From an uncultured Verrucomicrobiae bacterium (GTDB lineage Bacteria > Verrucomicrobiota > Verrucomicrobiia > Limisphaerales > JAFGQR01), in assembly GCA_963788655.1 (NCBI GenBank), contig CAWBHS010000057.1, positions 64,001 to 128,000 of the forward strand: 64,000 bases of DNA, given 5' to 3'. Below are positions 1 through 11,305 of this stretch, in pieces. Numbering within the stretch: the stretch's first letter is position 1; every line of letters begins with the position of its first letter. Both the position numbers and the translations under genes were made by a program. The notes below the pieces were generated by a model. It saw only the letters and a list, made by a program, of their open reading frames with translations. It made no database searches and was not told where the DNA came from.

Positions 1-2299
1 GGAGTTTTCCAGCCGAGTGCCGTTGACGAACACTTCCACGTACTTACGACGTACCGCGTAATGGCCCATTTTCTCGTGCAAGGTGTAGGCGAGAAAATTG
101 TTCATGAAGGTCTTGTCGCTGTAGGGCGCGTACAACACGAAATCCGATTCCGATGGGAAACCCAGCAGGGAAGCATTTTTGTCGTTGCCGTAGTCGTCCT
201 CGATTTCCAGGTTCAACGATTTTTTGGGAAACCCGAGCGAGCTTTGCCCATGCTGCTCCAATCCGGCCCGGCCATGGAAATCGATTTTGCCAAACAACGA
301 GGCGCGACCAGAGGGCTGGGCGGTGTCAATGAACGTCACCGAGACAGGCACTTTGGGAATGGCGTCGGCGGGTACGTAGCGACCAAAACTGTCCAGGATC
401 ACCAACGGCAGGTTCGAAGTGAACTCCAGCGCACTCGGCTCCAGCAACGTGTAGCTTTCCGACGCCGGGGGACTGGCGAGCGTGCCGGGGCCAATGGCCA
501 CCGCCGTCACCAGCGCGCTGTTCGTCACGGCGATCGGCCCGCTGTACACCGGTGAATCCTGCGTGGGCGTGTCGCCGTTGAGGGTGTAGTGGATCACCCC
601 ACCCGGTGTCGTCGTCGCGAGCGTAACCACCAGGTCATTGGTAAACAGTCCGCCCGCTTTCGAGAATTCGACCGGCGCCGCCACCATGGGCACACTCGTC
701 CCATTCGGCGCTCCCGGGGTGGGCGGATAGTAATAACCCACCGCGCTTCCATTGAGGCCAAACTCGATCAATTCGGCGCGCACCAGGAAATCCGGACTGT
801 CGGCCGCGTCATTCAACCCTTGGAGGGCCAGTAGATTGTCGCCTTCCTGCAAAACGTCGAGGAAGGACGAAATGCTGATCAATTCGTATTTCGAACCAGA
901 GTGGACACTGGTCGCGGGGGTATCCCAATCGGGGGACGTTCGGCGCGTTGCGTCGCGCCACCTCCACGCCGTTCAGATACGCCACAAAACCGTCGTCGTA
1001 TTTCACCTTCAAGAGCAACGACTCGAGGGCGACCGCATTGGTGACCGCAAACGGAATGCGGACGTAGGCTGACACCTGGTTGCTTTGCATCAGCGATTGC
1101 ACGTCGGTGCGAATGTCGCCGCGGTAACCGCCGCCGCTCTGGTATCCGCCGGCAATCGGCACGGAAGAGACTTCCAAGCCGCCGTTTTCGGTGTCGCCGA
1201 CGAGATGGAAATCAGTCGCGTTCCAAGCCGTCTGGATGCCGGGCGCAGCCCAGAGTTCAACTTCGGAACCGCCGGCACGCTCGTAATAAACCAAGTGTAT
1301 CTGGTACAGACCGGCGGTTGGGAACGTGAAGGTACCAAAGGTATCCGCCGCCCCGCGTGCGGCGGCGTATTCGACCGAGAAGGTGTCCACATCCAGATGA
1401 AACCCGTCGTCGCTGTTCACCACGAAGGTCCAGTCGCCGGCCGCAGGGATGGTTATGGTACCGAAGGCCTCAACGACGTAATCATCGATGTCCGTCCCCA
1501 TCGTCAATCCCGGAAAGGTCCGGTTGCTGGTGGCATCATGGCCGTCGCTTGAGGTGCCAAAGTAGTTGATGAACGGCGCATTCTCCGTGTTCGTGCCGCT
1601 GCGTTGGGCGGGCGTTGCCAGAACCGTTTGCGCCGTAGTCAGACTGTCCACCGTCACCGAGGCCTTGTAATTATAAACCGCAAAACCCGGCACTGCGGTT
1701 TCGTACCCGACACCATTGGTGCCGGCAATCCAAGCACCATCGTCGAACGCATTGCTCACCCAACTGGTCCCCAGCGCGCCGTCGGTGGGCACCCAGACGC
1801 GGGCCGGCGGCTTCTGGCTCAAGATCGTTCTTGTACGTCCGTAACCGTAGGAAATCTCCGGATATTGCTCTGGAAATTGCGGCGCGTAGGCGGATACGAT
1901 GGTGGTGCCGTCCGGGCGCACCAGCGCCAGAAACTCGCCGCCGCCGCTCAGCGCGAAACTGGTGTGCAGCGGGGCGCCGGGCACCGCGCGATTATCTCCG
2001 GAAGCGAACACCACCAGGAAGGCATTGGCCTCGATATTCGTCGCCGGGAAGGTCCATTTGATAAGGTTGTTGGGATTGTCCGTCAGATGCCAGCCGCCCA
2101 AGTTGACCGGCTGATCGCCGGGGTTGTAAACCTCGATCCAATCGGCAAACCGCCCATACTCGTCCGCCAGGGTTCGGTCATTGAGGGCCATGAATTCGGT
2201 AATGACCAGATTATCCTGAGCGGAAGCCAACGAGACCGAGTTGAGGAGCAAGCCGACCAGGGCCAGGGTGCTGAGGGAAAAAGTTCTGAAACGTTTCAT
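1..2299 (-). CDS. Secreted LTD/PA14/CotH-kinase protein (gene A); frameshifted near 900-935; 3' end runs off the window
   Basis: ORF 809-2299 has a signal peptide, an LTD (VITEFMA..DWIEVYN..LTD) and a PA14-like SDDG motif. Another frame continues to position 1 with CotH-type sequence ESDFVLYAPYSDKTFMNNFLAYTLHEKMGHYAVRRKYVEVF. Confidence 0.85.
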
Positions 2300-2511
2300 A
2301 CGATTTCAATCCGTGCTACAAGCAATGTGGGTTGATTGATTGGTTTTTCCTATACTCTAAATCAGTCCGCAAAGCCAGCACAAAGTTTGCATGCCGCAAC
2401 TGACACAGCGCACTACTCAGCCAAACCAGGGAATCCCTCGGCGCTGACATTCTGAGAACGCGGCATGGGGGTCAGTCGCTGCGCTGCCGGTTGGTTTGCT
2501 CAAGTCTGCCA

Positions 2512-5500
2512 TTATTGGATCGGCGTGACGATGCGATAGAACCGTCCGCCCTCGGCCGCTACGCCAGAATCCAGGAAGTCCACCGACGGCGGAGTCGCTG
2601 CGGGTTCGATGTCGGTCAATTTCAGCCAAGGCCCTTCCGTCAAGCTGGTCCGGGTACTGGAATCGTGTACCCGACATTGGGCGCCGTTTTGAATTGAATG
2701 CGCGCTCCCCCGCTGTCACCCACCAAACTCACCCGCAGAACGCTGGCGTTGCTGCCCGGGTCGGTGCCGCTAACAAATTCCTGCCAGTTGGTGCGCCCGT
2801 CGTGGTCCGGGTCGAGATCGCGATCCGACGCATCGCAAGGATTCAAGCCGTGCGCCAGTTCCCAGGTGTCGCTCATGCCGTCACCATCGCTGTCCCCGTC
2901 GAGCAGGGTCAACGTGGCGGCGTCACTGGGCGTCGCGCCAAAAAGATTGCTGACCACCACCGAGTAACGGCCCTCATCGGCCAGGCCCGGCTGAACGATC
3001 ACCAGGCTGGCATTGGTTTCATTGGCCAGGCGATTGGTCGCATTGAACCACCATTGGTAGCTCAAGGGCGCCCCGCTGGCTTCGACCGTGAACACCGCAT
3101 TCGAGCAGACATGCACCGCTTGATCCGCCGGTTGCGTGACAATGGTCGGAGCCACGGGCAGCGTCAGATACGCCACGTGGCTCGTGGCGCTGGCGGCCGG
3201 ATTGCTCGCCACAAACGTGTACGCGCCGGCGTCGCTGGCCTGCACGCTGTTGAGGCTGTAACTGGTGCCGGTGGCGCCGGCGATCGGAGCGTCATTGTGC
3301 CACCATTGGAACGTCAACGGCGCTTCGCCGCTCGCGCCGGCATGGAAGGTAACCGGGGCACCCAGCGCGGCCGATTGATTGGTCGGCTGCAGCGTAATGG
3401 CCGGGCCGTCAATGACGGTCACATAGGCATAGGCACTGGCAGTTTGGTAGGTCTGAACACTGTTGCTGATGCCCACGCGATACCGATTCTCGTGGAGGGC
3501 CTTCTGCGCGTTGGTAATCACCAGCACGCTCGTGCTGACGTACGCCGAGTTCGTCACGGCATAGGTGTACCCGCCTCCGGATTCGAAGTTATAATACCCG
3601 TTCCCGAGGCGCCAATAATAGCCGATCGGCAACGTGCCCCGAACCGTCAGACTGATGGTGAAGGTGCTGCCCGAGGCCACCACCTGATTGGTCGGGAAGG
3701 GGCCTTCCACGATGGCCGGCGGCAGGAGCAACAACACCAGCGCGGGATGGCTCTCGCGCGATCCCACCGCGTCGGTAACCACCACCGTGTAGATCCCGTC
3801 ATTCACGTCGAGTTGGAGATCCGTCACGGTCAGCGAGGCGCTGGTCGCGCCGGGAACATCGATTCCATTGCGCCGCCATTGGTAGCTCAGAGAACCCGTG
3901 CCCGAGGCGACGACGGAGAGCATCGCCGTGCCGCCAGCATCCACGGTTTGGCTTTCCGGTTGCGTCAGAATACGCGGTAGCGCCACTTTCCTCCCTGTCC
4001 AATTGGCGGGATCGTTCCCGTATGCCGCCACGTCAATGCGAAGCAGAGAAAGCCCCTGACCGTCGGCTTCTGTAGGCCAGGGTGCGAGGTCGCTATATTT
4101 CACTTTATCGACGAGAATATAATCCGGCAGTAGCGTGTCCGGATCCGGTTCACCGGGTTTGGCCAGTTCCACACTGTCCGCCGAATTGTCCAACTTGCCG
4201 TCATAAGGCCCAAAGACCGGGACACTATCATCAAAGCCGTAAGCTGCCCAGAACGCCGCCAGCAAATCAGGCCTGATGACCGGATCAAAGCTGACCACCA
4301 ACAAATCCTCACCGGCAGGCAGCACGGTGTTTACCGGAAACTGGAAGTCCACGGCATCCTTCAGCCGCCAAGTATTGGCCGGATGATTCAGGTCGTACAG
4401 TAAGACCGGGCCGTCGCTGATATTGTGCAGTTTGATGTATTCATCGTCCTGGTTGTCGAGGCCACCCTGATAATCGGGCGGATGGTACATAATTTCGCTG
4501 ATGACCACCGGCCCAATGATTGGCCCGTCGTTAACCGCATTCAGCGTCACCGCGGTTTGCGCTACAAAATCATCCTTCCCTTCACTGGTCACCCAGCGAC
4601 CGAAGGAGACGTTGACGTCGGAGGGACCGAAGTCGAAGCCGTGATAATACCCGGTGAGTTCACCCGCGGCGTTGGCAGAGAACAGATATACTTGATCGCC
4701 TTCCGCCCGCAGCGCGAAACTGGTCGGACTGCCGGGGGAGGGATTGAATTGGTTTTCATAGAATACCAGATAATCGTTGGGGGCAATGCTGGTGCCGGCG
4801 GGGATGCGGAATTTCTTTGGTACCCTGAAGTTGTCACTCAAGTACCAGTTCCCAATATCAGCGGTGGTGCCACCGGGATTGTACAATTCAATGGCGTCCG
4901 AAAACGGGGGCTGGCTGTGAGCCAACGCCTCGTTGATGACCACCGGCGTGAACGACGCAGGCGGCGGATCGGCCAGCCCCGGCGAACCACCCACGGCGCT
5001 GCTGGCGCGCCAATTCGCGGCGGCGTCCCACATATCCGAGCTGAGTAGCGGGTCCGGAAACACCAACGAGAAACCATTGCCATCGGTCATCGGCTGCCAG
5101 CCATCTTTGTAGGTGAAGTCCAGAATGGGTTCACCGTAAGGACCGGACAGCCGGAGGTGCTCACCGGCATTGTCCAAGTAGCCGGTGTATTGTCCCACCA
5201 CGTTGAAACCAGTCCCGTAGCGCGACTGGAAGGCGACCATACTGCTGACCAGCAGGAGGCTTTGATTGGGCGCCAGCAAATTTGGCGCGTACTTGGCGTA
5301 GCTCACTTCCACATTCTCCAGGTCGATTCCCAGGTCCATGCCACCCGAGCGGCTGGCAAATTCAACGCGCGAGTTTCCCGGAAAGAAATTCGGCACCAGC
5401 AAGTCCGAATAAACATTGACCGGTGCGCCGGGCGTGCCGAAGACATCCGGCGTCAAAGTCAGATTGACATACGAGCCCTCGAGGGCTTTGACCACTTCGA

Positions 5501-8500
5501 GGTGCGCGTGATGAAACACGCCGCTGTCCAGGTTCAACGTATTGGGCGAGACAAAGGCACTGCCCGCGGTGGCGCCGTTCCAATGCACGTCCACGTCGTT
5601 GATCAACGTCGAGCTGTGCATGAGGAAATCGAGCGCAAACGTGTTCGCCAAATCAGGGGCGTCGAGGTAATCGCTGGTTGTGGTTCCCGCCCCGGTGGTG
5701 CCGAACGCCGCGTCGGGCAGCAACAACAGGGACAAGCCGCCGGGCGTGGCCGGAGCTTGCGTCAGATACTCAACGCTGAGGTTGTCGATGTCCTGGTCCG
5801 CGAAAGAGCCTCCCGTGCGGGCGCAGAAACCGGCGCGGCCGCGGTAGGGCGTCACGCCGTTGATCACGTAATCGTTGAACAACGTCTCGGTGGCTCCCCC
5901 GGCGCCGTTGACGTCCGGCTTCAGTTTCACCGTGACCAGTGCCTGCGAGGTCTGGAACTTAATGATGATCTGGGCGTGATGGAATTGGCCCGAGGGCAAG
6001 GTCAGGCTGGGCGTCGCGGCGGCGCCGGCGATTTGGTTACCATTCCAATGCAAGGAGACATGGTTGCCGTTGGGCTCGTTGGCGGTGGCCGGCATGTTGA
6101 AATAATTATCAAATCCTACGCCGATGGAGCTTCCGAAGTTCGCGTCTTCACTCCAGCCGGTCGCTGGCGCGCCGCTGGTTCCCCCGTTCGCCGTGTTCAT
6201 GAAGACGAACCCCATGCCGTCCGCCGGGGAGCCACTGGAGGTCATGCGGAAATCGAAATTAATGACGACGTAATTGTATGCCGAAGCGGCGGTGGCATCG
6301 AAAAACACCCCGCCGTTCTCGTTGCCTACTTGGCGAGTGATGCGTACAATATTGGCCAGTGGATCCCGCGTCCGCAGCCATCACCGCCGGCGTTGCCGGC
6401 TCCGCGATGTCGTAACTCATCACCGTATAAGCCGTGCCAGCCTCATCAAAATTCTGCGTCGTGGGCGTCCCTGCGGTGGGCGGTGGCGTGGCGTTGTTCG
6501 CGCGGAAATCAAAGTCGGCCGTCACGATGTCGTACGGGCCCGCGGCAGTCTGGTCGAACGTAATCCGGTTGCGATTGACGCCGGTGGCCTGGGTGGCCAA
6601 CCGCAGAAAGCTGCCCGCCGGGCCACCGGTGGTGACCACGGCGCCGGGACCCGCTCCCAGTTGCGAGGCGGTGTAACTCGTGCCGCTGCTGTCAAAGTTG
6701 TTAGTGGTAGCCGTGCCGGTCGTTTCCAGCGGCCCCGCGGGGAAGGTGAAATCAATGCCGTCGGACAACGTAATGCCGGTCAAATCCAGTGCATTGGTGC
6801 CAGCATTGGTCAGTTCGACGTATTCGAAATCCTCGTCGTTGTAGCCCAGCCCGGGCGCGGGATGATACATCAGTTCGGTAATGGCCAGCGAGGGGATGGG
6901 ATAGCCCATGATCGCGCTGGCAGGCGGGCTCCAGGAATTGGTCAGCCAGGAGCGCGCCACGATGCGCGCCGTATCGGACGGCGTAAATGCACCGGAGTAA
7001 GCCACGGCATTGGGTGAAATCCGTCCGCCTGGCAGACGCGGATCGCTGCCGTCCAGCGTGTAATAAATGGTGCCAGCCGGCGCGGTCATGCTCAATGGCG
7101 TCGCTGGGTTATTGGTGTAGCGGTTGAACGTCGGCGCCTTGAGGTAAAGCGCATCAATCCAGCCGAACCGGCCGGTGATCCATCGTTTCATTTCGTTGAT
7201 CAGATTGGCATAGGAACCCGGCGTGGCATAGTTCACGTTCCAACTTGCCGTGGTGGCATCGATGCTGGTATCGACCAGATTGTTGCCATCCGGATTGGGC
7301 CACACCCAGGCGGACAACCGCGGCCAGCGCGCGAAATCGCGTGCCTGCGCTTCGGCCAGGTAGTTGGTGAGTTCGTCGATTCGAGCCAGCAGATTGGACG
7401 GCGCAAACAGGCCCACCCGCAGTTCGCCCCAACGGTCGATGGTCTTTTGCACAAAGTCTGGATCGCCGGTATTGCTGCTGCCATCGCCAACCAACCGGTC
7501 AAGGTACATGTGCTGCGCGGGGGTGATGAGCGCGTAGTACCAGCCATTGGTGAGTCCCCCGTCCAGGTAATTGGCGTTGCCGAAACTCAAGTTCCAATCC
7601 CAGATCGGGTCCATAAAGATTTTGCCGCCCCGATCCTTGTGCAGGTAATTGCTCAACCGGTACCCGTCGATCTGCTTGGCGAACTCGACGATCCAATGGA
7701 AATCGACGAAGGACTTCACGTTGATGTATTTCCCGTAACCGTTCACGGGATCACGCCAGTTTGGTCCGTACAGGACGCCTTCAAACTCATTGAGGTAATT
7801 GGTCAACCAGGATTTCTGGGCGGGGGTTAACTCCTGCGCGCTCGGATCGTGATACTTGAGTGATTCGCCGGCGAGATCGGTACTGGTTTGCGTGAGCGTC
7901 GTGAACACCTGGTCGCCGGGGCTGCCCTTGTCCCGCTTCCAGATGTAACCCCCGGTGATGGCTGGCTCGGTGTTGTCCTCTGGTCCGAGCTTGGCAATAT
8001 CCACCCGGTGCTTGTCGATCTTGATTTTCTCGACCAGCACGTAGATGCCCACGTAATCATTCGTGCCGACCTTGCCGGAGGTATCCGCGGTGCCGCCTTG
8101 CCAACTGCCGTTCAGAAAGACCTCGACGAATCGCCGTCTCACGGCGTAGTGCCCCATCTTCTCGTGCAGTTCGTAGGCCAGGAAATTGTTTAAGAATGTC
8201 TTGTCCGAATACGGATTATACAACGCCCAATCCGATTCGGCGGGCATGCCCAGCAACGACACCGCTTTGTCCTGGTCATTATCGTCGCGAGTTTCGACGT
8301 TGATGCCCTTCTTGGGGAAGCCCCACGACGACTGGCCGCGGCCTTCCACGCCCGCGCGTCCATGGTAATCCGGGCGGTCCAGCAGCGTGACGCGATCGGC
8401 GAGTTTGGGTTTATCGATGACCGCGATGGCGGCGGTGGCACGGGGATCCATGTTCTGTTGGAGCACCTGGCCGAAGGTGTTGATGATCATCAACGGCAGG

Positions 8501-10558
8501 TTCGAGCTGAAGGCGGCGGCATTGGCATCAAGCAGCGTATAACTCTGCGAGGCATTGCGGCTGGGCAGGTAACCGGTGGCATACACTTTGGCGGTCACCA
8601 TGGCGCTGTTGGTGATGGTCAACGGGGTGGTGTATTGCGGTGAATCCTCGGTGGGCAGGCCGCCGTCGAGCGTGTAACGGATGATCGCCCCGGGAATGGT
8701 GGAGGTGAGTTCCACCACCTGGTCATTGGTAAACACACCGCCGGCCACGGAAAAACCGGGCGCCGGGGCAATCTCGGCTTCGCCCTCGGTATTGAGGGCG
8801 CCGGGCGACGGTTCGGCGAAGTAGAGTTGGGCGTTGGTTTGCACGGTGACGTCACGGGCCACGAGTTGGGGCAATACCAGGAAGTCACCATTGGTGGACG
8901 CAATGTTCAGGCCTTGAATTGCCAGGACATTCGGCCCCGCCTGGAGCAGGGACAAAGCATCCGACAGATCGAAATTCTGGGCCGGCACCAGGCCACTGGG
9001 ATAGCCGAATTGGACGTCGAAATTGTCCAGGTCCACCGACATGTCGGAGCCGCCCGTGCGGCCGGCGATCTGCACGCGGCAATCGTACTGCGGCATCCCG
9101 GGAATCAGGGTACTGGTTGATGGCGGTGAACGGCGCGCCGGGTGTGCCATTGATATTGGGCGTGATCACCACCGTGACTCGCGCGCCACCGGTCACGTAC
9201 GCCAGCGTGATATGGCAGTGGTGGAACTGGCCGGAAACCATGTCGATGGTGCTCGTAGGAATGGTGTAGTTTTCATATTCGGTTCCATTCCAATGAGCGG
9301 AAACGTCATTCACCGTGCCGTGGGGATACATATCGAAACCAATCGCGAACACATTGGCAAAATTCGGTTTCTCCACCCCCCCGACCGCGCTGATGCCCAC
9401 CCCGGTCGTAGCGTATTGGGATGTGGGGATCAGCATGAAGGCAAAACCGTCCGCCGGATCATTGGCCGTGTCGGTGATCCGAAAATCGAAGTCGGCGTCG
9501 ATCAGCGGGAATAAGCCCGCGGCGGTCTGATGGAACGCGATGCTGTTGACCTGGCCGTTGATACCGTCGTTGAGCAACCGCAGGAATTGTCCCGTCGAAC
9601 CGGCGTTCGCCGCCATGACGGTGGGCCCTGGCGCGACACCCTGTTGCGAAGGCGTGTAGGCGCTGCTAACGCTGTCAAAATCCGTTTGAAGCACGCCGGC
9701 GGCGCCGGGTTCGCTGCCATGAGTATCCGTCGCCGTCGAATTCCAAACGGCATTCGGCGGCGCGTTGTTCCGGGCCACTTCCACACCATTCAGGTAGGCG
9801 ATGAATCCGTCGTCGTATTGCATGCGCAAGGTCATCTCCTGAAATTGCGATGGATCCGCTACAGTGAACGGAACCCGCACATACGCCGACGGATTGCCGT
9901 TGAGCATTTGCGCCTGGAGATCGGTACTAATGGCGGTATCGTAATTAGTGCCCGTATCAAAACCCACGCCCGTCGCGCCGCTCAACCAGGAAGAATCGTC
10001 GTAACCAATACCCGTCCAGGCGGTGCCAACGTCGGCCGTAGGCACCAACGCTTTGGCCGGCGCACCAACAACCACCAACGACGTCAGTGGCCCGGCCAGC
10101 ATGCCCAAACCGTACGAAATATTGGCGGTCTGGGCGGGGAATCGCGGAGCGTAGTAGGACACGATGGAACTGCCGTCGGGACGGACCAGTGCCAGTAGTT
10201 CCCCGTCGCTGGACAGCCGGAAATTCGTGTGCAATGGCGCCCCGACATTGGCGCGGTCTTTGCCCGAAGCGAACACCACCAAGTAACTGTGAGCGGCCAG
10301 GTTGGTTGCCGGAAATTGCCACTTGACGAGCAGTCCGATGTTGTCCGTCAGGAACCAACCATCGAGGTTCACGGCGTTAGCCGCGGGATTATACAGCTCG
10401 AGCCAATCCGAATACTCACCGTCTTCATCCGCCAGACCGCCGGCATTGACCGCCAGAAACTCCGTGATGAGCGGAGTATCCTGGGCCCGGGAGGACAACG
10501 GCGCGAGGGTTTGAATCAAAAGGAAGATTCCAGGAAGGTAGAACTTGCTGATTTTCAT
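2512..10558 (-). CDS. Giant secreted LTD/lectin-like/CotH/Ig protein (gene B, ~2,680 aa) split by apparent indels at ~9110, ~6340 and ~2655
   Basis: ORFs 8885-10558, 6259-9150 and 2640-6308 join into one coherent protein: signal peptide, LTDs, ADGFAF lectin-like domains, CotH (DGYRLSN..PIWDWN), Ig repeats and DSDGDG. Removing two extra C near 2655 restores TIQYRTSLTEGPW...RFYRIVTPIQ*, matching the end of gene C. Confidence 0.88.
2812..3921. repeat. Copy 1 of a ~1.1-kb direct repeat (Ig-domain cassette in gene B)
   Basis: Near-identical to 11604-12713 (offset 8792); about 18 mismatches counted by eye. Confidence 0.95.
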
Positions 10559-10760
10559 ATTCTGTTACGTTTGGTAACAAACGTTGTGGACTGTTCTCCA
10601 TTGCTTATAGCAAACATCAATGGATTCGGCCAGCAGAAATTTGGGGAAGCTTTTCAAATTTCCAAATCACCGTCATGCTTGCGTCGGCGTGCAGGGCGCC
10701 ATAAACTAACTTCAGGCGGCAACCTTGGGTTTGCATGCCCAAGCCAACCATATCATCGCA

Positions 10761-10952
10761 ATGGGCATTTACGATCGAGATTATATGAAACGCCGTCCCG
10801 ATGAGCATTCGGGACGCTCTTCGTCATCAAACGGAAATCTGGAAGGTTTTGCGCAGCGTTTTTTGAGAAGATATCCGCGTCTTCCGCAAATCGTCATCAT
10901 CGCTCTCATCGTCCTGGTGGTGCTGGCCATCCTGATCACCAAATTGACATAG
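10761..10952 (+). CDS. Small single-pass membrane protein (63 aa) with an N-terminal MGIYDRDY motif
   Basis: MGIYDRDYMKR...PQIVIIALIVLVVLAILITKLT; has a C-terminal hydrophobic helix. Confidence 0.65.
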   Translation: MGIYDRDYMKRRPDEHSGRSSSSNGNLEGFAQRFLRRYPRLPQIVIIALIVLVVLAILITKLT

Positions 10953-10954
10953 GC

Positions 10955-11297
10955 AACGTGCGGCTGGCGTCCCGCCGGCAGAAACAAATCCAGACGCATC
11001 GGTCGAACAACTCGGCGCCGCCCACGGGAACGAATGCCCCATCCCCAATGACCAAGGACCAGAGAATGCCCAGATCCCAAGCCCCACGCCGAATTGGCAC
11101 AGCCCTTTCACAGGATTGGGCAATTGGTCGCAGCCGCCGTTCCCAAACGGCCGGCAAGATGCCGGCAGCACGTTGGGACAGCGTGCTGTCGGCGTCTCGC
11201 CGACAGAAACGAATAGGCCCGGACGCGATCGGACTATGACCTTGGCTCGCGACGCATTGCTGCGTTCGAACTGCCGGCAAGATGCCGGCAGCACGTT
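10955..11297. repeat. BIME-like cluster of two inverted REP-like pairs
   Basis: Units cgtgc..gcgtc(c/t)cgccg.cag at 10955 and 11179 pair with inverse units gccggcaagatgccggcagcacgtt at 11148 and 11271. The cluster lies between convergent genes. Confidence 0.8.
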
Positions 11298-11305
11298 TTA
11301 ATGGC

